64,000 nt of DNA, from assembly GCA_013115145.1 (NCBI GenBank), contig JAAPAO010000025.1:1-64000 (forward strand), read 5' to 3'. Under the pieces are notes generated by a model. It was not told the DNA's origin, ran no database searches, and saw only the letters and a list, made by a program, of their open reading frames with translations. Made by a program: the position numbers and the translations under genes. This DNA is from Perkinsus chesapeaki ATCC PRA-425 (Eukaryota > Protista > Perkinsozoa). Of this stretch, positions 20,819-32,400 are shown piece after piece. The first letter of the stretch is position 1. Each line of letters starts with the position of its first letter.

Positions 20819-22306
20819 ATGTCCAACCCACTCCGCCTTCCCAGACAGAGCGACGCGGTGGAAACTGTTTCCCATGCTTGGGATTCACTGAGAGGTTGCT
20901 CACTATCATCGCTACTTCTTAATCGGTCTCTCCTCCGGAGCTCTGAAGACCATAGCTCTGCCTCCACTATGTCAGTTCCAGTAGACAACCTCGATATCTT
21001 TTTAAGTCATGCATGGTGTGACAGTGGTTTGTGGAAGCAGCTCGCACTCGTATTATTGTACAGCCCGCCAATCGCCTACAAGGCTGCAGCTTTATCATCC
21101 ATCCTAGGAGCTTGGTTCCTGTTGGGGCGGTTTCCTTCGCACGTGTGGTGCAGAATTGGGGTTCTCATACTCAGTTCCGTAATATTCGTAATCTGCATCA
21201 TACTGTTTACATTATATAAGCATCGCAACACTATGGTATTTCTTGACAAGTGTTGTATAAATCAAACAGATCTTGTTGATAAGGCAAACGGTATTTCGAA
21301 ACTATCCGATTATCTCAAAAAGTCAGACAAGCTCGTCATCCTCTGGACCCCCAATTATCTCAATCGCCTATGGTGTGTCTATGAGTTAGCCGTCTTCATG
21401 CAAACGCATGAGACTAAAGATGTCATTGTAGTGAATCTTGGTCATGTCAGGCTATGTGTATCTTTACTGGCAGTTCAGCTACTTGGTACCATTGCACAAT
21501 GTCCTTCAATCCGGCTTGCTGGTGAATCGGTTCAATATATCATTATGTCCTGTACAATTTGCGGAGCATTCGTCTCTTGTATGCTGGGGGCCAGTCAGGC
21601 ACATCGCTGTCTCGAAGAGTGGACAACCTTTTTAATGAAATTGGAGTCATTTGATGTAAACGGAGCCGAGTGTACATTATATGAAGACCACAATAAACTG
21701 AAGCAACTTATCCGTAAGATGTATCGCTCAGAGGCTGATTTCTCTGCATTGGTGAAGCGTCTATTTTTGAGAGAAGAAGAGCACGAACGCTCACTGGCCT
21801 GGTTCTTATCCCAGAGCTCGAGAAGAATCATGTCTGCCCCGTTTGTGCCTGCTATAGCTGCAGGTGCCGCCTCCGCATTTTCACTTGTCTTCTTGGAGCA
21901 GTCGAGGCCATTGACGAGGATTGTTCCAGAAGGATCTGTTTGGGAAATGCCGAGTACTTTGGCGACTCTTGCATGGGCGATTCGCACACACCTACTACCT
22001 GAACTATTACTTCCTTTTCGGGTGCAGTTGACGCTGTCCTTAACACATAAACTCGCGGGACAGCGGCTAGGCCTACGCAGTCGTTCGCTATTTAGAATCC
22101 AATTTACAATTGCATTTGTTGCATTCTCATTGTTGAACAGAGCTTCCTGTGGACTCGGTGTTTTTCACATTCCTTTATCGGAAGCCACAGTGAAAGGATT
22201 ATCTGACGAGGTTCTATCGCTTTCAGCTGGACTTATCGCACTGTGGGTGGTTTGGTCGATATCTAAATGGATCAATTTGTTTAGGGTGCCTACTCACAGA
22301 TCTTAG
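20819..22306 (+). CDS. Intronless multi-pass membrane protein with a TIR-like (TIR_2) domain
   Basis: DIFLSHAW, two TM helices, then VFLDKCCINQ...LKKSDKLVILWTPNYLNRLWCVYELAVF, followed by several more TM segments. Confidence 0.8.
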   Translation: MSNPLRLPRQSDAVETVSHAWDSLRGCSLSSLLLNRSLLRSSEDHSSASTMSVPVDNLDIFLSHAWCDSGLWKQLALVLLYSPPIAYKAAALSSILGAWFLLGRFPSHVWCRIGVLILSSVIFVICIILFTLYKHRNTMVFLDKCCINQTDLVDKANGISKLSDYLKKSDKLVILWTPNYLNRLWCVYELAVFMQTHETKDVIVVNLGHVRLCVSLLAVQLLGTIAQCPSIRLAGESVQYIIMSCTICGAFVSCMLGASQAHRCLEEWTTFLMKLESFDVNGAECTLYEDHNKLKQLIRKMYRSEADFSALVKRLFLREEEHERSLAWFLSQSSRRIMSAPFVPAIAAGAASAFSLVFLEQSRPLTRIVPEGSVWEMPSTLATLAWAIRTHLLPELLLPFRVQLTLSLTHKLAGQRLGLRSRSLFRIQFTIAFVAFSLLNRASCGLGVFHIPLSEATVKGLSDEVLSLSAGLIALWVVWSISKWINLFRVPTHRS

Positions 22307-22420
22307 GCGAAGCAGCCTCTAAGCCGTTGCGGGGCTTTTAGCTTATCACTTGGCTTGCTAGTGTCGAGTTTCCGAGTATTGGTGGGGGTCGCATTTCATC
22401 AAGTGAAGTGGTTTACTTCT

Positions 22421-23799
22421 GGGCCGGTATGCGGATCCTGATCCATGGATCAAGCCGATGATCCAGATCACTGATCAAGATCTGGATGATAGATTGGATC
22501 ACTTGTCTAAGATAGATTGGATGATAGATCCAGATCAAGGGGCTGGGAAATTCTCAGAGACTTTGAGAAACTTCGTTGATCCGTGATCCATTTTGTCTTG
22601 GCAGATCATCCTCTGATCCAGATCAACCATTGGATCGAGCTCCTGATCCACCTCAAGGATCAGACATCGGATCAATGGCACTTTACGTGGTAATCCACGG
22701 TGATCCTGTAACGGGGCCCTTTGGCACCGTTACACTCTTCGCGCTCTGTGATCCTGATCCGAGTCGCGAGTTACCTGCGGCAGGTACCAACATCGAGATG
22801 GAGTTGGCGGGAATTGGGCTAGGGTTATACGAACCATGGACCAGAATACCATCCATTTGCCCTGTAGAATCAGATGAAGATTGCATTCCATGATGATGCT
22901 ATTTCAATGATTCGAGTAGACTGTACATCTGTTTATCTCTCACACAATTAATTACTCACTCGGATGAATTTGTAGGCGAAAACTGTCGCTGTTGAAACGG
23001 CCGGAAGATTCCCCGGCACCATCTCGCGCTGTGGGATTGCATAGCTTTTTCCTCTGCCCAACGGCGTGCTATTCCGTCACGTCACTCTGCTAGTGACACG
23101 TCTACATTTTGCAAGCCACTAAGGTTATCGTATATTTGATTATATACTAGTTTGGTGGTTATTGTGTTCTTTAGTCTATACTCATAAGAAGACTAAACAC
23201 CCATAAAGTCCGCTTAAAAAGCAACTCTCGATTCTTCTGGTGCAATACTTAGGGTCACCAGGCTAGTGATATGTGTCAAATTTGGTGGAAATTGTCCTAT
23301 ACTGAGGTTTCCATAGTCGTTCAACAATATCACGTTGTTGATCGGGAGTGTTGTGAGTCATCGGCGATGATTGGGGTGATAAGGAATTGAGAGTCTCAAT
23401 TTGAGAGACAAGTTGTGCCACAAAAGACACAATCAGTTTATAGTATATAGTACTAGTACTAGCATTGGCCGTACTACAGCTGCTGCAGCAGTAGGCTACC
23501 ATTAGGGACTACTAGGGAGCGATATAGCTTCGGCGGAGTGATTCATACAATTTGTGCGGAACAATGATCCATCAGTTATATGTCGTTGATCCGTGATTTA
23601 CGATCCTGATCCAAAACTGACAGGATCATAGGTGCTGTGATCCATAGATCATCCGAATGATCTCTGATCCTGCTACGTGATCCCGAATTTATTGATCTGA
23701 GCCAAAAAATCAGGTTCACGGCAGAAAATCAGTGCGTTGATATTTTTCCGTGATCTTTTTCTCGGGATCACGTGTGGATCAGGATTCGCATACCGGCCC
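22421..23799. mobile_element. ~1.38-kb non-autonomous DNA transposon with GATC-saturated subterminal regions
   Basis: 25-bp TIR GGGCCGGTATGCG(G/A)ATCCTGATCCA (22421-22445 / 23775-23799), 1 mismatch. Dense GATC(C/A) motifs at 22433-22760 and 23565-23790. No TSD seen. Confidence 0.8.
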
Positions 23800-24437
23800 T
23801 GATCAAAGAGAGGTTCGGAGCTGAGCCAAATCGGATCACCGCCCGGACTACAAGCGGTGATCAGAGTCTTCGAGCCTTGGAGTAGAGACTCTCCACCGAA
23901 AAGGCATCGTGCAGCTTACTATTTGTATTAAAGTATCAACCTTGCCACGACACATAGTTTCTGTTGACGACTCATCATTGATGAGTCATCAACACATCAA
24001 TTGGAAGTGGCTCGGAGCCACTTCCAAGCTGACGAGCTTATAGCTAGTCATTGGCGATATAGTTGGTAACTATTGGGGCCCCCAATAGAAAAACCGCTTC
24101 ACTATCGGATCCATCGGAGCTCTATTTGATCCCGCATCAAAGTGATGTGATGTCTCCGTGATCAAGGATTTAGTGATGTACTTTTATTCGCACGAGTTTA
24201 GAAAAGTCCACATGAGGAATGGCGAACTTGACCGTATATTTTTACATTGTATCGTCTATTATATAGGACAGAATGGCCCCTATATACCACCGATTTTTCT
24301 CAGTGGTAGGAGCCTCCTCACCCTGCATTGCAGGGCCTGAAATGAATATTAAACGATAATATCATCGAATCCGCATTGGCTAGACTGAGGCCGATTTCGG
24401 GGCTACAGACTCTAGAAGATCTTACTGGGATGCTTAC

Positions 24438-24863
24438 TTGTCGTCAGGACTGAATCTGGCAGGGTGAGCGCTGAAGGTGGGCTGCTCGGCATCGGAACCT
24501 ACAGCAGAAAGAGGCAATAGAGATTAGGAGTTAGAAACGACGAACGCTATATCACTTCCCGCACATGATGTTCATGCATGTAGATTGAGATGATAAACAT
24601 CCGGATATTTGTAAACAGTGACGATCCGAACAAAGCTATGCGAAACATAAGGGAAGTAAGATAGGAGCTTACGAAACAGTAATATACAAACAGAAATATA
24701 GGAGCACGAAAGTAGACCTTAGGGCTCTGGAAACAAGCGTAATGAGAACCAGCTCTAGTAAGGCCTTTCGCTGAAGGAGCCACTTACCGTCATTGGCAGG
24801 TACAGACTGCTTTAAGGTGTAAACGCGTTTACCTTCATTATCGAGATAGAAACGAAGCAGCAT
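24438..24863 (-). CDS. NOP10: H/ACA snoRNP subunit Nop10 (first two exons; last exon not identified)
   Basis: Exon 1 MLLRFYLDNEGKRVYTLKQSVPAND + exon 2 (24498-24438) GSDAEQPTFSAHPARFSPDDK; SAHPARFSPDDK is the Nop10 signature. Confidence 0.85.
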
Positions 24864-25787
24864 GGCGATGAGGGAGTAAACTAGGGTACCACTACTGAAC
24901 AGAGTTACTCTGTTCAGAGTAATACAAGGGGAAGGAGAATCATTCTCCTTCCCCTTGTATTCAAGCTGGCCGCCATGAAATCCACCATAAAACTAACCAC
25001 TAAACTAATACTTCACGCCCGAGTCAGGGCTGAGCTTCGCCGGCCTCCTAGGTCGGAACAATGGGCCCTAGAGAAGTACAGACAGGTTGAGACGCTCAGG
25101 GCGGAGATTCTCGGGCGAGGGCTGATGGACCAGTCGAGGCGAGGCTGCTGGGGAAGACCGAGGTGCATCTAAGGTCGAAGCTTGCATCTGGAAGGAAGAA
25201 GCTGAAGGTCGAAGCTCGCAACAAGTGTTCTCTCATCCCCTTTCTTCGACGTCACGGTGAAGTCTTCACCATGTCACAGCGGGACAGTCCCGCCTTTCTT
25301 AGAGGATAGTACACTTTGATGTACCCCACCAAACGGAATTGAATGACTGAGCTTCATGTTCGCAACTTTTCATGCCTTCGCTCATTTTAACGGTTCTTCG
25401 TTGCTGATGTATATAACAAGAACAATACCATATGCCGCGATCGGGAAAGCCCGCCATGGACCGTGTCATTCTGTCACTGCCGTGTCCCGCTGCACCGATG
25501 CTGTCTGGTAGACAAGCGTAAAGTTTGAATGGTTCCTAAGTAGTTGCCATCTTATCTCATTTTTCATTCAAATGAGTCTCATTTTCAAATTGTCTTCACA
25601 CATGTTGCGCGCGGGATGCAGGAGTGCAAGAACCGGCCATCTTCAGTCAAGGGAACGCTTACACAATATATTCCACAGATATATTGTCTAAGCTCCGGGA
25701 GCCGTAATTCCCAATAGGAATAGACCATTTAGGCAAAATGTGGGTAAACGGAAATCACTCAGACAGTTGGCCCTCTTATTATAATCG

Positions 25788-26528
25788 ATGATGTTCTCAT
25801 CTATTTGGTTCGCAGTATTCGCTCAAGCAGTTCTCACTACTGTCGCCCAGCCCTCAGGCAGATATCGCTACCGCGATGGTGAAACCTACTTCGAGTTTCT
25901 TATCACGAATAATCTGTTGGAGAGGTTTGAGTACTTCACCCCAACCTCTTATTTCAGCGCCAGCGATTACCCACTGCGCGAGGTATCCCTTGATAGATAT
26001 GTCATTGATTTCACTCGCTCTACTGTGGGGATCAATGACTGGTATACGGGAATAATGCCCGAACTCACTAATGTAGCAATTCAGGATGGTGACCTTACAA
26101 CTATAACTTTCACAAGTGATGATTCTTGCTATGTTATGTTGGGTGGGAGAAGAAGGCACTTGACCAGGCTAACATTCCCCGCAACACAGGGAACGTTTTT
26201 GTACACTTCGACCCACTTTCCTGTTGTTATGAACTTCACCGTTGATACTGATAACAGTCTTATTAATATGCAATTCTCGTGCAGCGGCACACTGGTGGGT
26301 CCTGAAACGTTTGAACTCGTCGAGAACAGCGACGCTCGTGAACTCGAGCCGTATGGTTTATCTCCTGTCTCCGCTGTCAATGCGTTCGAGGACCTCGTCA
26401 GGGATGCCTGTCCGATGCTATGCATTCAACAAAGTGACCTCGCTCAAGTTGTCTTCTCGTATCCCACAGAGCTTTTCATTGTCCTCGGAGGGTGGCGATT
26501 CACCTTTGTCAAAGACGAGGTTCTGTAA
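25788..26528 (+). CDS. Secreted hypothetical protein with two internally related ~110-aa modules
   Basis: Intronless 246-aa ORF; signal peptide then QPSGRY. The two modules end GDLTTITFTSDDSCYVMLGGRR and SDLAQVVFSYPTELFIVLGGWR. Confidence 0.8.
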   Translation: MMFSSIWFAVFAQAVLTTVAQPSGRYRYRDGETYFEFLITNNLLERFEYFTPTSYFSASDYPLREVSLDRYVIDFTRSTVGINDWYTGIMPELTNVAIQDGDLTTITFTSDDSCYVMLGGRRRHLTRLTFPATQGTFLYTSTHFPVVMNFTVDTDNSLINMQFSCSGTLVGPETFELVENSDARELEPYGLSPVSAVNAFEDLVRDACPMLCIQQSDLAQVVFSYPTELFIVLGGWRFTFVKDEVL

Positions 26529-27099
26529 TCCATGCGTAGGCCCCCTATTCTGTACCGCTCCACTAGCTGTTACCTCAACATCTCGTCTCCTATAATGGCA
26601 CTCTTGCATGGAAGTGTCTAATGGTGAGTTTTTGAAAAATTTTTTTCTCTGGCATTCGCTGTCAGTGACTGATTTCACCAAATTACACGAGATGATCTAT
26701 CGTTAGACAAGCATTCAACCTGATTAGCAAACATGCTTCAGTATTAAAATAAAGTAGTGTTGTTTTCAGTTTCACATACTGTGTTCTATCCAGTGTAGTG
26801 AAGTAGGAAGGAACTTGACGCGCTACCGCATCAGTTGACATTGAAATTTTCAATTTGAAAACCTCACCTTTCCGGTTCATGCACTTACTGTGGTTTTCTA
26901 TTAGCATTTCTATACTCTTCTCCACGTGGCATCATTACTTGCTACACTATCAATCGTACTCTACATATAGTGACACTTAAGATGTTAAGGACGGAGAACC
27001 CCAGGTCAGTCTGCTCGGCGGAAAGAGAGAGGATACATCTCACCTAAACGCCTTTACCCAGGAAACCGCTTCACAAATTTCTAACAATACTTTAGTCTC

Positions 27100-30000
27100 T
27101 ATGCTCTGTATGATCCGATAACATTGACGAACTGGGCAAACGTGCAATGCAGGACCTGCATCGAGGTCAGGATATACTAGCAGCAGGCCCTACTGTCTCG
27201 TGTCATCGCTGGACAATCTGGCATACCAAAAGTGTCCTTGATGGGATCATGTGTCTAAGGCGTACGTGCTATAGTGATCAGTAGTTTTTAGCACCTTCAA
27301 ACGAGACGATGAGGGAGGTAAATTTCTTGTCCTACAATCCCGCAAGCGTCGTGTTGCTTTTTACGAGTATGGGTACCGAACTGGCATAAATGCCACGGCT
27401 CGTGTTATCAAGTGTAACCACTGTGGAGTGAAGGATGATAGCTCGCATCCACTGCTCGATTCAATCGGTCGCTTTTTTGGCCTTTCTTTGTGGACTAGAA
27501 CTCACGGCAAATAACACTCAATATTTCACGCAGTATCCGTGAATTTCAGGGCGTAGAATAATGAGCGGTTAGCGATAACCATAGTCGATAGCGCGAGTCC
27601 CGCAGCAGGACCATATCGCTCGTGAATCTCAAACGGATCCTTATCCGATCCAGAGATGCAATCGTCGGTGAGCTGTGACAGTTCTTCGCGCGTCAGGCAT
27701 ACTTTATTATAACAAGCTCAACCCGAAAAGGTTCACGAGACTGAACTCTTGGGCGAAGCGGTAGGTTGCACGCTGGTTGCCGAGGCAAAAGGAGGAGGGC
27801 GGTATCTTCGCTGAGCTACAGCCTCGAGATCGGCCCAATCTAGACAGTGCGAGGCCACTGCAGTGGCCAGAATCTCTTCTAGTTTACCTGATAAAGCAAA
27901 ATAATCACAAGTCTAGTACAACAGCGTTCCTGGACGGTTGCTCAACACTCCTAAAAGCGATCGGATCGCTGCGATCCCCCCACCTCGTATGGAGTTATCG
28001 TCTTCAATGTTTAGGATTGCCCGCCTTCGATGAGGATTATAACGTAGCGAATTCTGCTCCAAGCACCGAAGGAACTCATGCGTATAATAACGACTCTGAA
28101 ACTCCTCCACACATCCTCCATAATGTTCTAGGATCAACAGCCTACCGGTCTGCCGTGTGCCCCTACTGGTGGAGCTCGGGGGCACAGTTGTGGAATCTTA
28201 TCCGCGGCTTTGGACAAGTAGTACATTGTCCTCTTTATTTCCTGAGATCAGATACATCAAAACCGTTTGCATTTAATCCACCGTAAAGTTTCAAAGTGCT
28301 CTCAAGAAGTATCGGCTCCATAGCGCAATAACGTGACTCCGCACCAACTGCTCCAATATGGACACTCACCTTCCTAGCAATGTGCTTGCATGTCTGACTT
28401 CGCAGCGACCCACTCAGCATTGTCTTGCATCCTAGCAGATTCTTATACCTACATTACAGCCCAGGGAGGGATGAACTACCCAACGCAGTCATCAACGCGG
28501 ACTCACCGGAAGTAAATCTCTATCATCTGCCCCGTAGTAAGACGATCACTGCCAGCTGCCATCCGACGAAAATCTTTCGGGAAAGAAACGAGCCTTTCCA
28601 AAAACTTCTTAATATCAGCATCAGTCGGTTGCGTGAGTTGCAGAAAATATCTGACAACATACTTAAATTGGCCGAATGAATATTTGCCCGCTCAGAGCTA
28701 CTCTCGGTTAGCTGCAGCAAGATCGGGGACTTCTCGGTTGGTATCCAAAAAGGCGACGCTCGATCCGACCGTAGAATAATCGAATATCTCCAGATCTGGT
28801 ATCACGGCACGTTTCTCGGCTTCATCATCATCGACGTCGTCTTTCTGCTGCTGCTGGTCGTCCGAAGCGGCAGCCTGTGTAGGAGTGTCCTTCCCTGCCG
28901 ACCCCTGAATAGTGAAGAAACAACTATTCCAACTGCTGTCCATTCACATCACGCGGTCCATACATCTACTGACCAAGTGGTATCTATCCTATTGGTGCCT
29001 GGAAGAGCAACCCACCTACCCACAATGTTAAAATATCTATCAGACTTCTTAATCAACTGAGTTATAAAACTTCCTAATCCGAGTGTCGAAGAGAAAAACC
29101 TCTTCGTTGACCAACGGTGCAGTGAATTCGACACCACTCTGTGAAATTCCTCCAGGCATATAGGCCAATGCTGCTTAATGCCCTCTATTTACAACGCAGT
29201 GAGTGATTACAATTCTAACACCTCCTCATACCTGACCAGTTCGTCTTCGGTTCCGCCCGGACTGGTTGCGCGGGGTGTCCCTATCCGACGATACTTCTGA
29301 GAGAGAGCAACGGTTCCACTATTTCAACCACTGCAAGCGCAGTAGCCGTTGTAGCTAAATGATCGAGGAAATGCCCTTACCAGTTTTGCCACTCGAACTC
29401 GTCCCCTTGAGCGCCTCTGGCATTCTGGGGTGTTGCCGTCCACGAGCTCTCGCGTTCATTATAGAGCATCCGCCACCAAACCCTTCACTGCTGCCCAATA
29501 GCAAATAATGTTGGGACCTAAACCCGATACCAGCAATCCCGCACAGGTTCGATCCTGGCAAGGTCGACTTGCCTTATTCGGTGCTCAAAAGTCTTTTTGT
29601 CATCTCGGTCATATGGAGTAGTGTCCAGCGCTCGAATTAAGTCGGTCTGCTTGTGACCAAAAACCCCGGAGAGCTCCAGGAGCTCCCTCTGCCGTGCCTC
29701 CGCTGCCTTCGACCACGATCCGTATGCCCGGACATATCTTAAAGTCGAGTCGTGAAGATACGAATTGGGTCAGGTTGTCCTCACTCTCTGGCGGCCGGTT
29801 CCAAAAGCTCCTTGCGTACATCTACGCTTCGCCGTGAGAATTCTTCCGCCACTTCAGGCAAGCCGGGAACAGCCGACATCTTCGAAAATGGCATATCGCT
29901 CGGGATCGTGATAGTCTCGGTGAAATCATCAAAAAACCTGAAGATGTGGGAATTAAGTCAATTCAATTGATTCAAGTGGCAACTTCAAGTACGAAGATTT

Positions 30001-30339
30001 GTCATCGAGGTGTTACTTGGCAGGCATTACAATGGCTCCAAGGGATTTCCTTCGTTCAGGAGAACAATGCAGTAAGAGCGGGGGTTCGCTCCCAGTCGGT
30101 GATTTAAGAAAGGAAGCTTGAACATTGACAAATATTGGGAATAAATAAAACAAATTAAGTTGAGAAAAAATGGAAAACGCTCCACGATGGGTTCGAACCA
30201 CCGACCTTGTGGTTAACAGCCACACGCTCTGCCTACTGAGCTAGCGGAGCCACATCAACATACTATGCTTCCACAATACGACCGAGCATTGGTATAGACA
30301 GCTTATCTTACGGTTCAGCACGAATTCTGATTCCGCCAT
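27100..30339 (-). CDS. Hypothetical multi-exon gene (possibly two genes); 3' end uncertain
   Basis: Phase-consistent exons from ATG 30339: MAESEFVLNP|SFLKSPTG...AIVMPAK|FFDDFTETI...EPAARE|YVRAYGSWSKAAEARQRELL...; later exons include YFLQLTQPTDADIKKFLERL. No family recognised. Confidence 0.6.
30178..30250 (-). tRNA. tRNA-Asn (anticodon GTT), sense inside intron 30117-30311
   Basis: GCTCCGC/GTGGAGC acceptor, GCTC/GAGC D-stem, TGTGG-CTGTTAA-CCACA anticodon arm, GGTGG-TTCGAAC-CCATC T-arm; T-tract terminator follows. Confidence 0.96.
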
Positions 30340-30399
30340 TCTTCACTAACTCCTCATTCTGTAGCTCCAACGTTCCATTGATTGGACTCCAATCAGTCT

Positions 30400-32400
30400 C
30401 TTCGAACCCACCTGACATCAACCCACTGCAAAACTAATGCACGCAATCGAACAGTACCTAAACGCAGCGGCACTGAGACCGGTTGCCCAGTGTCGGCAGT
30501 GTGGCCTCGCACTGTCATCGAGTGACTTGGTAGCTCACTCGACATCTTATTACCGAGGACAATACTCATACCTGAATAAACTACATGAACCACCTTCAAA
30601 GAAAACATGAACCGACAGCGATATTTTCACTAACGGAAATCTGCTGCTTGATGATAGTTATGGAGGCTGCCAGAAAACCAACCCGACGTGAAGCAGCTTG
30701 AACCTCCACAAGCTACCTGCATCCTCGTGCTGGATCACCGAGCTTCCAACAAAGATGAACAGCACGAATAGCAGGAATGCATTTGATGTCATTTCCAACT
30801 TTCTAACGCATCTTTGCACTACAAAACGCACTCCGACCTCTGAAGATCATCTTGTTCACGACACGTGAATTACGACCCTGGATGACTCCTTGATTCGTGC
30901 AAAGCTTTGAAACATCGACAGCCTCGAGGTAGCGGAAACCCAGTTGAATGTAATGACTGACCTACCCCTTTCGAGACGTCTTTCCACATCGGTCATCGAG
31001 CTCTCTGAGTCGCTCCGACAACTGGAAGCCGATGACTCAACCGCCGATGCCAGAACTGCAACATCAAAAAGCGAACGGGCAACCCGGTAAGCATGAATCG
31101 CTTCGCTCCGCCTTCCTCACCTCCCCCAGCTTTCACTGGTTCCGCGGATATCGGGCAAATTCGGAACATGTCCGACACAAGCTGGAGTTGATTAGCCTAA
31201 AGGAAGAGACTGGTAGAAATTCAATCCAGGCGACCTCGAGAGAAATGCTTCTATCAGCCGTTCATCAGGAACCTGCATACCGTTCACTTGCCCGTAATAA
31301 ACAAAATGAAAACGATATACAACTACCAAAAACCGACTGGATCAATAAAGATAATCTCGATCAAGCAAGCAATAATATATAACGCCGGACGACACGGCGG
31401 AAGCCCGCAAACGATTCTTCCTCCCAAATTCCACAGTCAAAGAAAAAAGACTGAAACTGAAAATGCGATAACTAACGTAATCGATCACGCGATCGATTCC
31501 AAAGCTAACCTGTGCAATGAGTCTACAGTCCTGTAATATACTTCGAGTCAGCTCGTTATCGCAGTCGTCAAACGCGGTATCCAGCACGGTTTCTGAAAAG
31601 TAAAGATTAGTTTTCAGTGGAAGTGGCGGTGAGAAGTAAGTGAATTTTCACAGAAGGCCACAGCGAACATCCAACATGGGGAATAATTGGCACGCAATCG
31701 GGTTCGAATCCCAGGGCCGTCACTTACCGGCAGGACTGTCAACCATTTCTTCATCCTCGCCATCGTTTCTGAAAATGGACTTCTGATAAGTGCAAATTTT
31801 TGAATCATTATTTCAGACATTTCAAAGTCAAAAGTTGCTCATGACCTGGAATGCCGAGTGAAGTTATGTTATTTTCCGCTCAACGATGATCAACTTGCGT
31901 GCACGAAATCTCCCCCAGTCGGAGCCTGTAATTATTTTTCAGTTTTTTCTGCGTTTATTCGTCATTCACAAAGCGGATGCTTGGCGGAAACACCATTCAC
32001 AGCGAATGACCTCAGTTCACCTTATCGACGATAATTGCTATTTATCCACCACAAAGAATTACTCCCATGAATCTTCCCAATTATAAGTGATTATAAACTA
32101 ACAAAAATTATCGATTGAAGAATGAAGATTATCGGATAACCTTCGTAGACACTGTACATAATAATAGTACTCATGTTGGCTGCATGAACCCAAACGAAGT
32201 GTAAAATAGCATGCCGTATCTAATAATCGATTATTCCTAATATGTGAAGGCTCTAATGATTATTCTTTACCAGTCAGGGGTTTTTATAATGATATTATTC
32301 AACATAGTTCGGCTCACCTGTTGGCAGTCCGCGAAAGATACTCCTTATACGCTTCTGTCGAGGGGAAGTCAGACTCGGGACGGAGACATTGGGAAGACAT
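30400..32400 (-). CDS. Hypothetical multi-exon gene
   Basis: Exons MSSQCLRPESDFPSTEAYKEYLSRTAN, NDGEDEEMVDSPA|ETVLDTAFDDCDNELTRSILQDCRLIAQ|VPDERLIEAFLSR with GT-AG boundaries. Not fully assembled. Confidence 0.55.
31653..31722 (+). pseudogene. Degenerate tRNA, antisense in intron 31593-31727
   Basis: Acceptor GAAGGCC/GGCCGTC (6/7) and T-arm TCGGG-TTCGAAT-CCCAG at near-tRNA spacing (70 nt); D and anticodon arms lost. Confidence 0.55.

Noticed and set aside
24499-24787. snoRNA hosted in Nop10 intron 1
   Set aside because: No convincing H/ACA or C/D box arrangement visible by eye.
29540-29560. CAGGTTCGATCCTG T-arm-like motif
   Set aside because: Lies antisense in an open coding exon (LARIEPVRDC) and the stem is poor.
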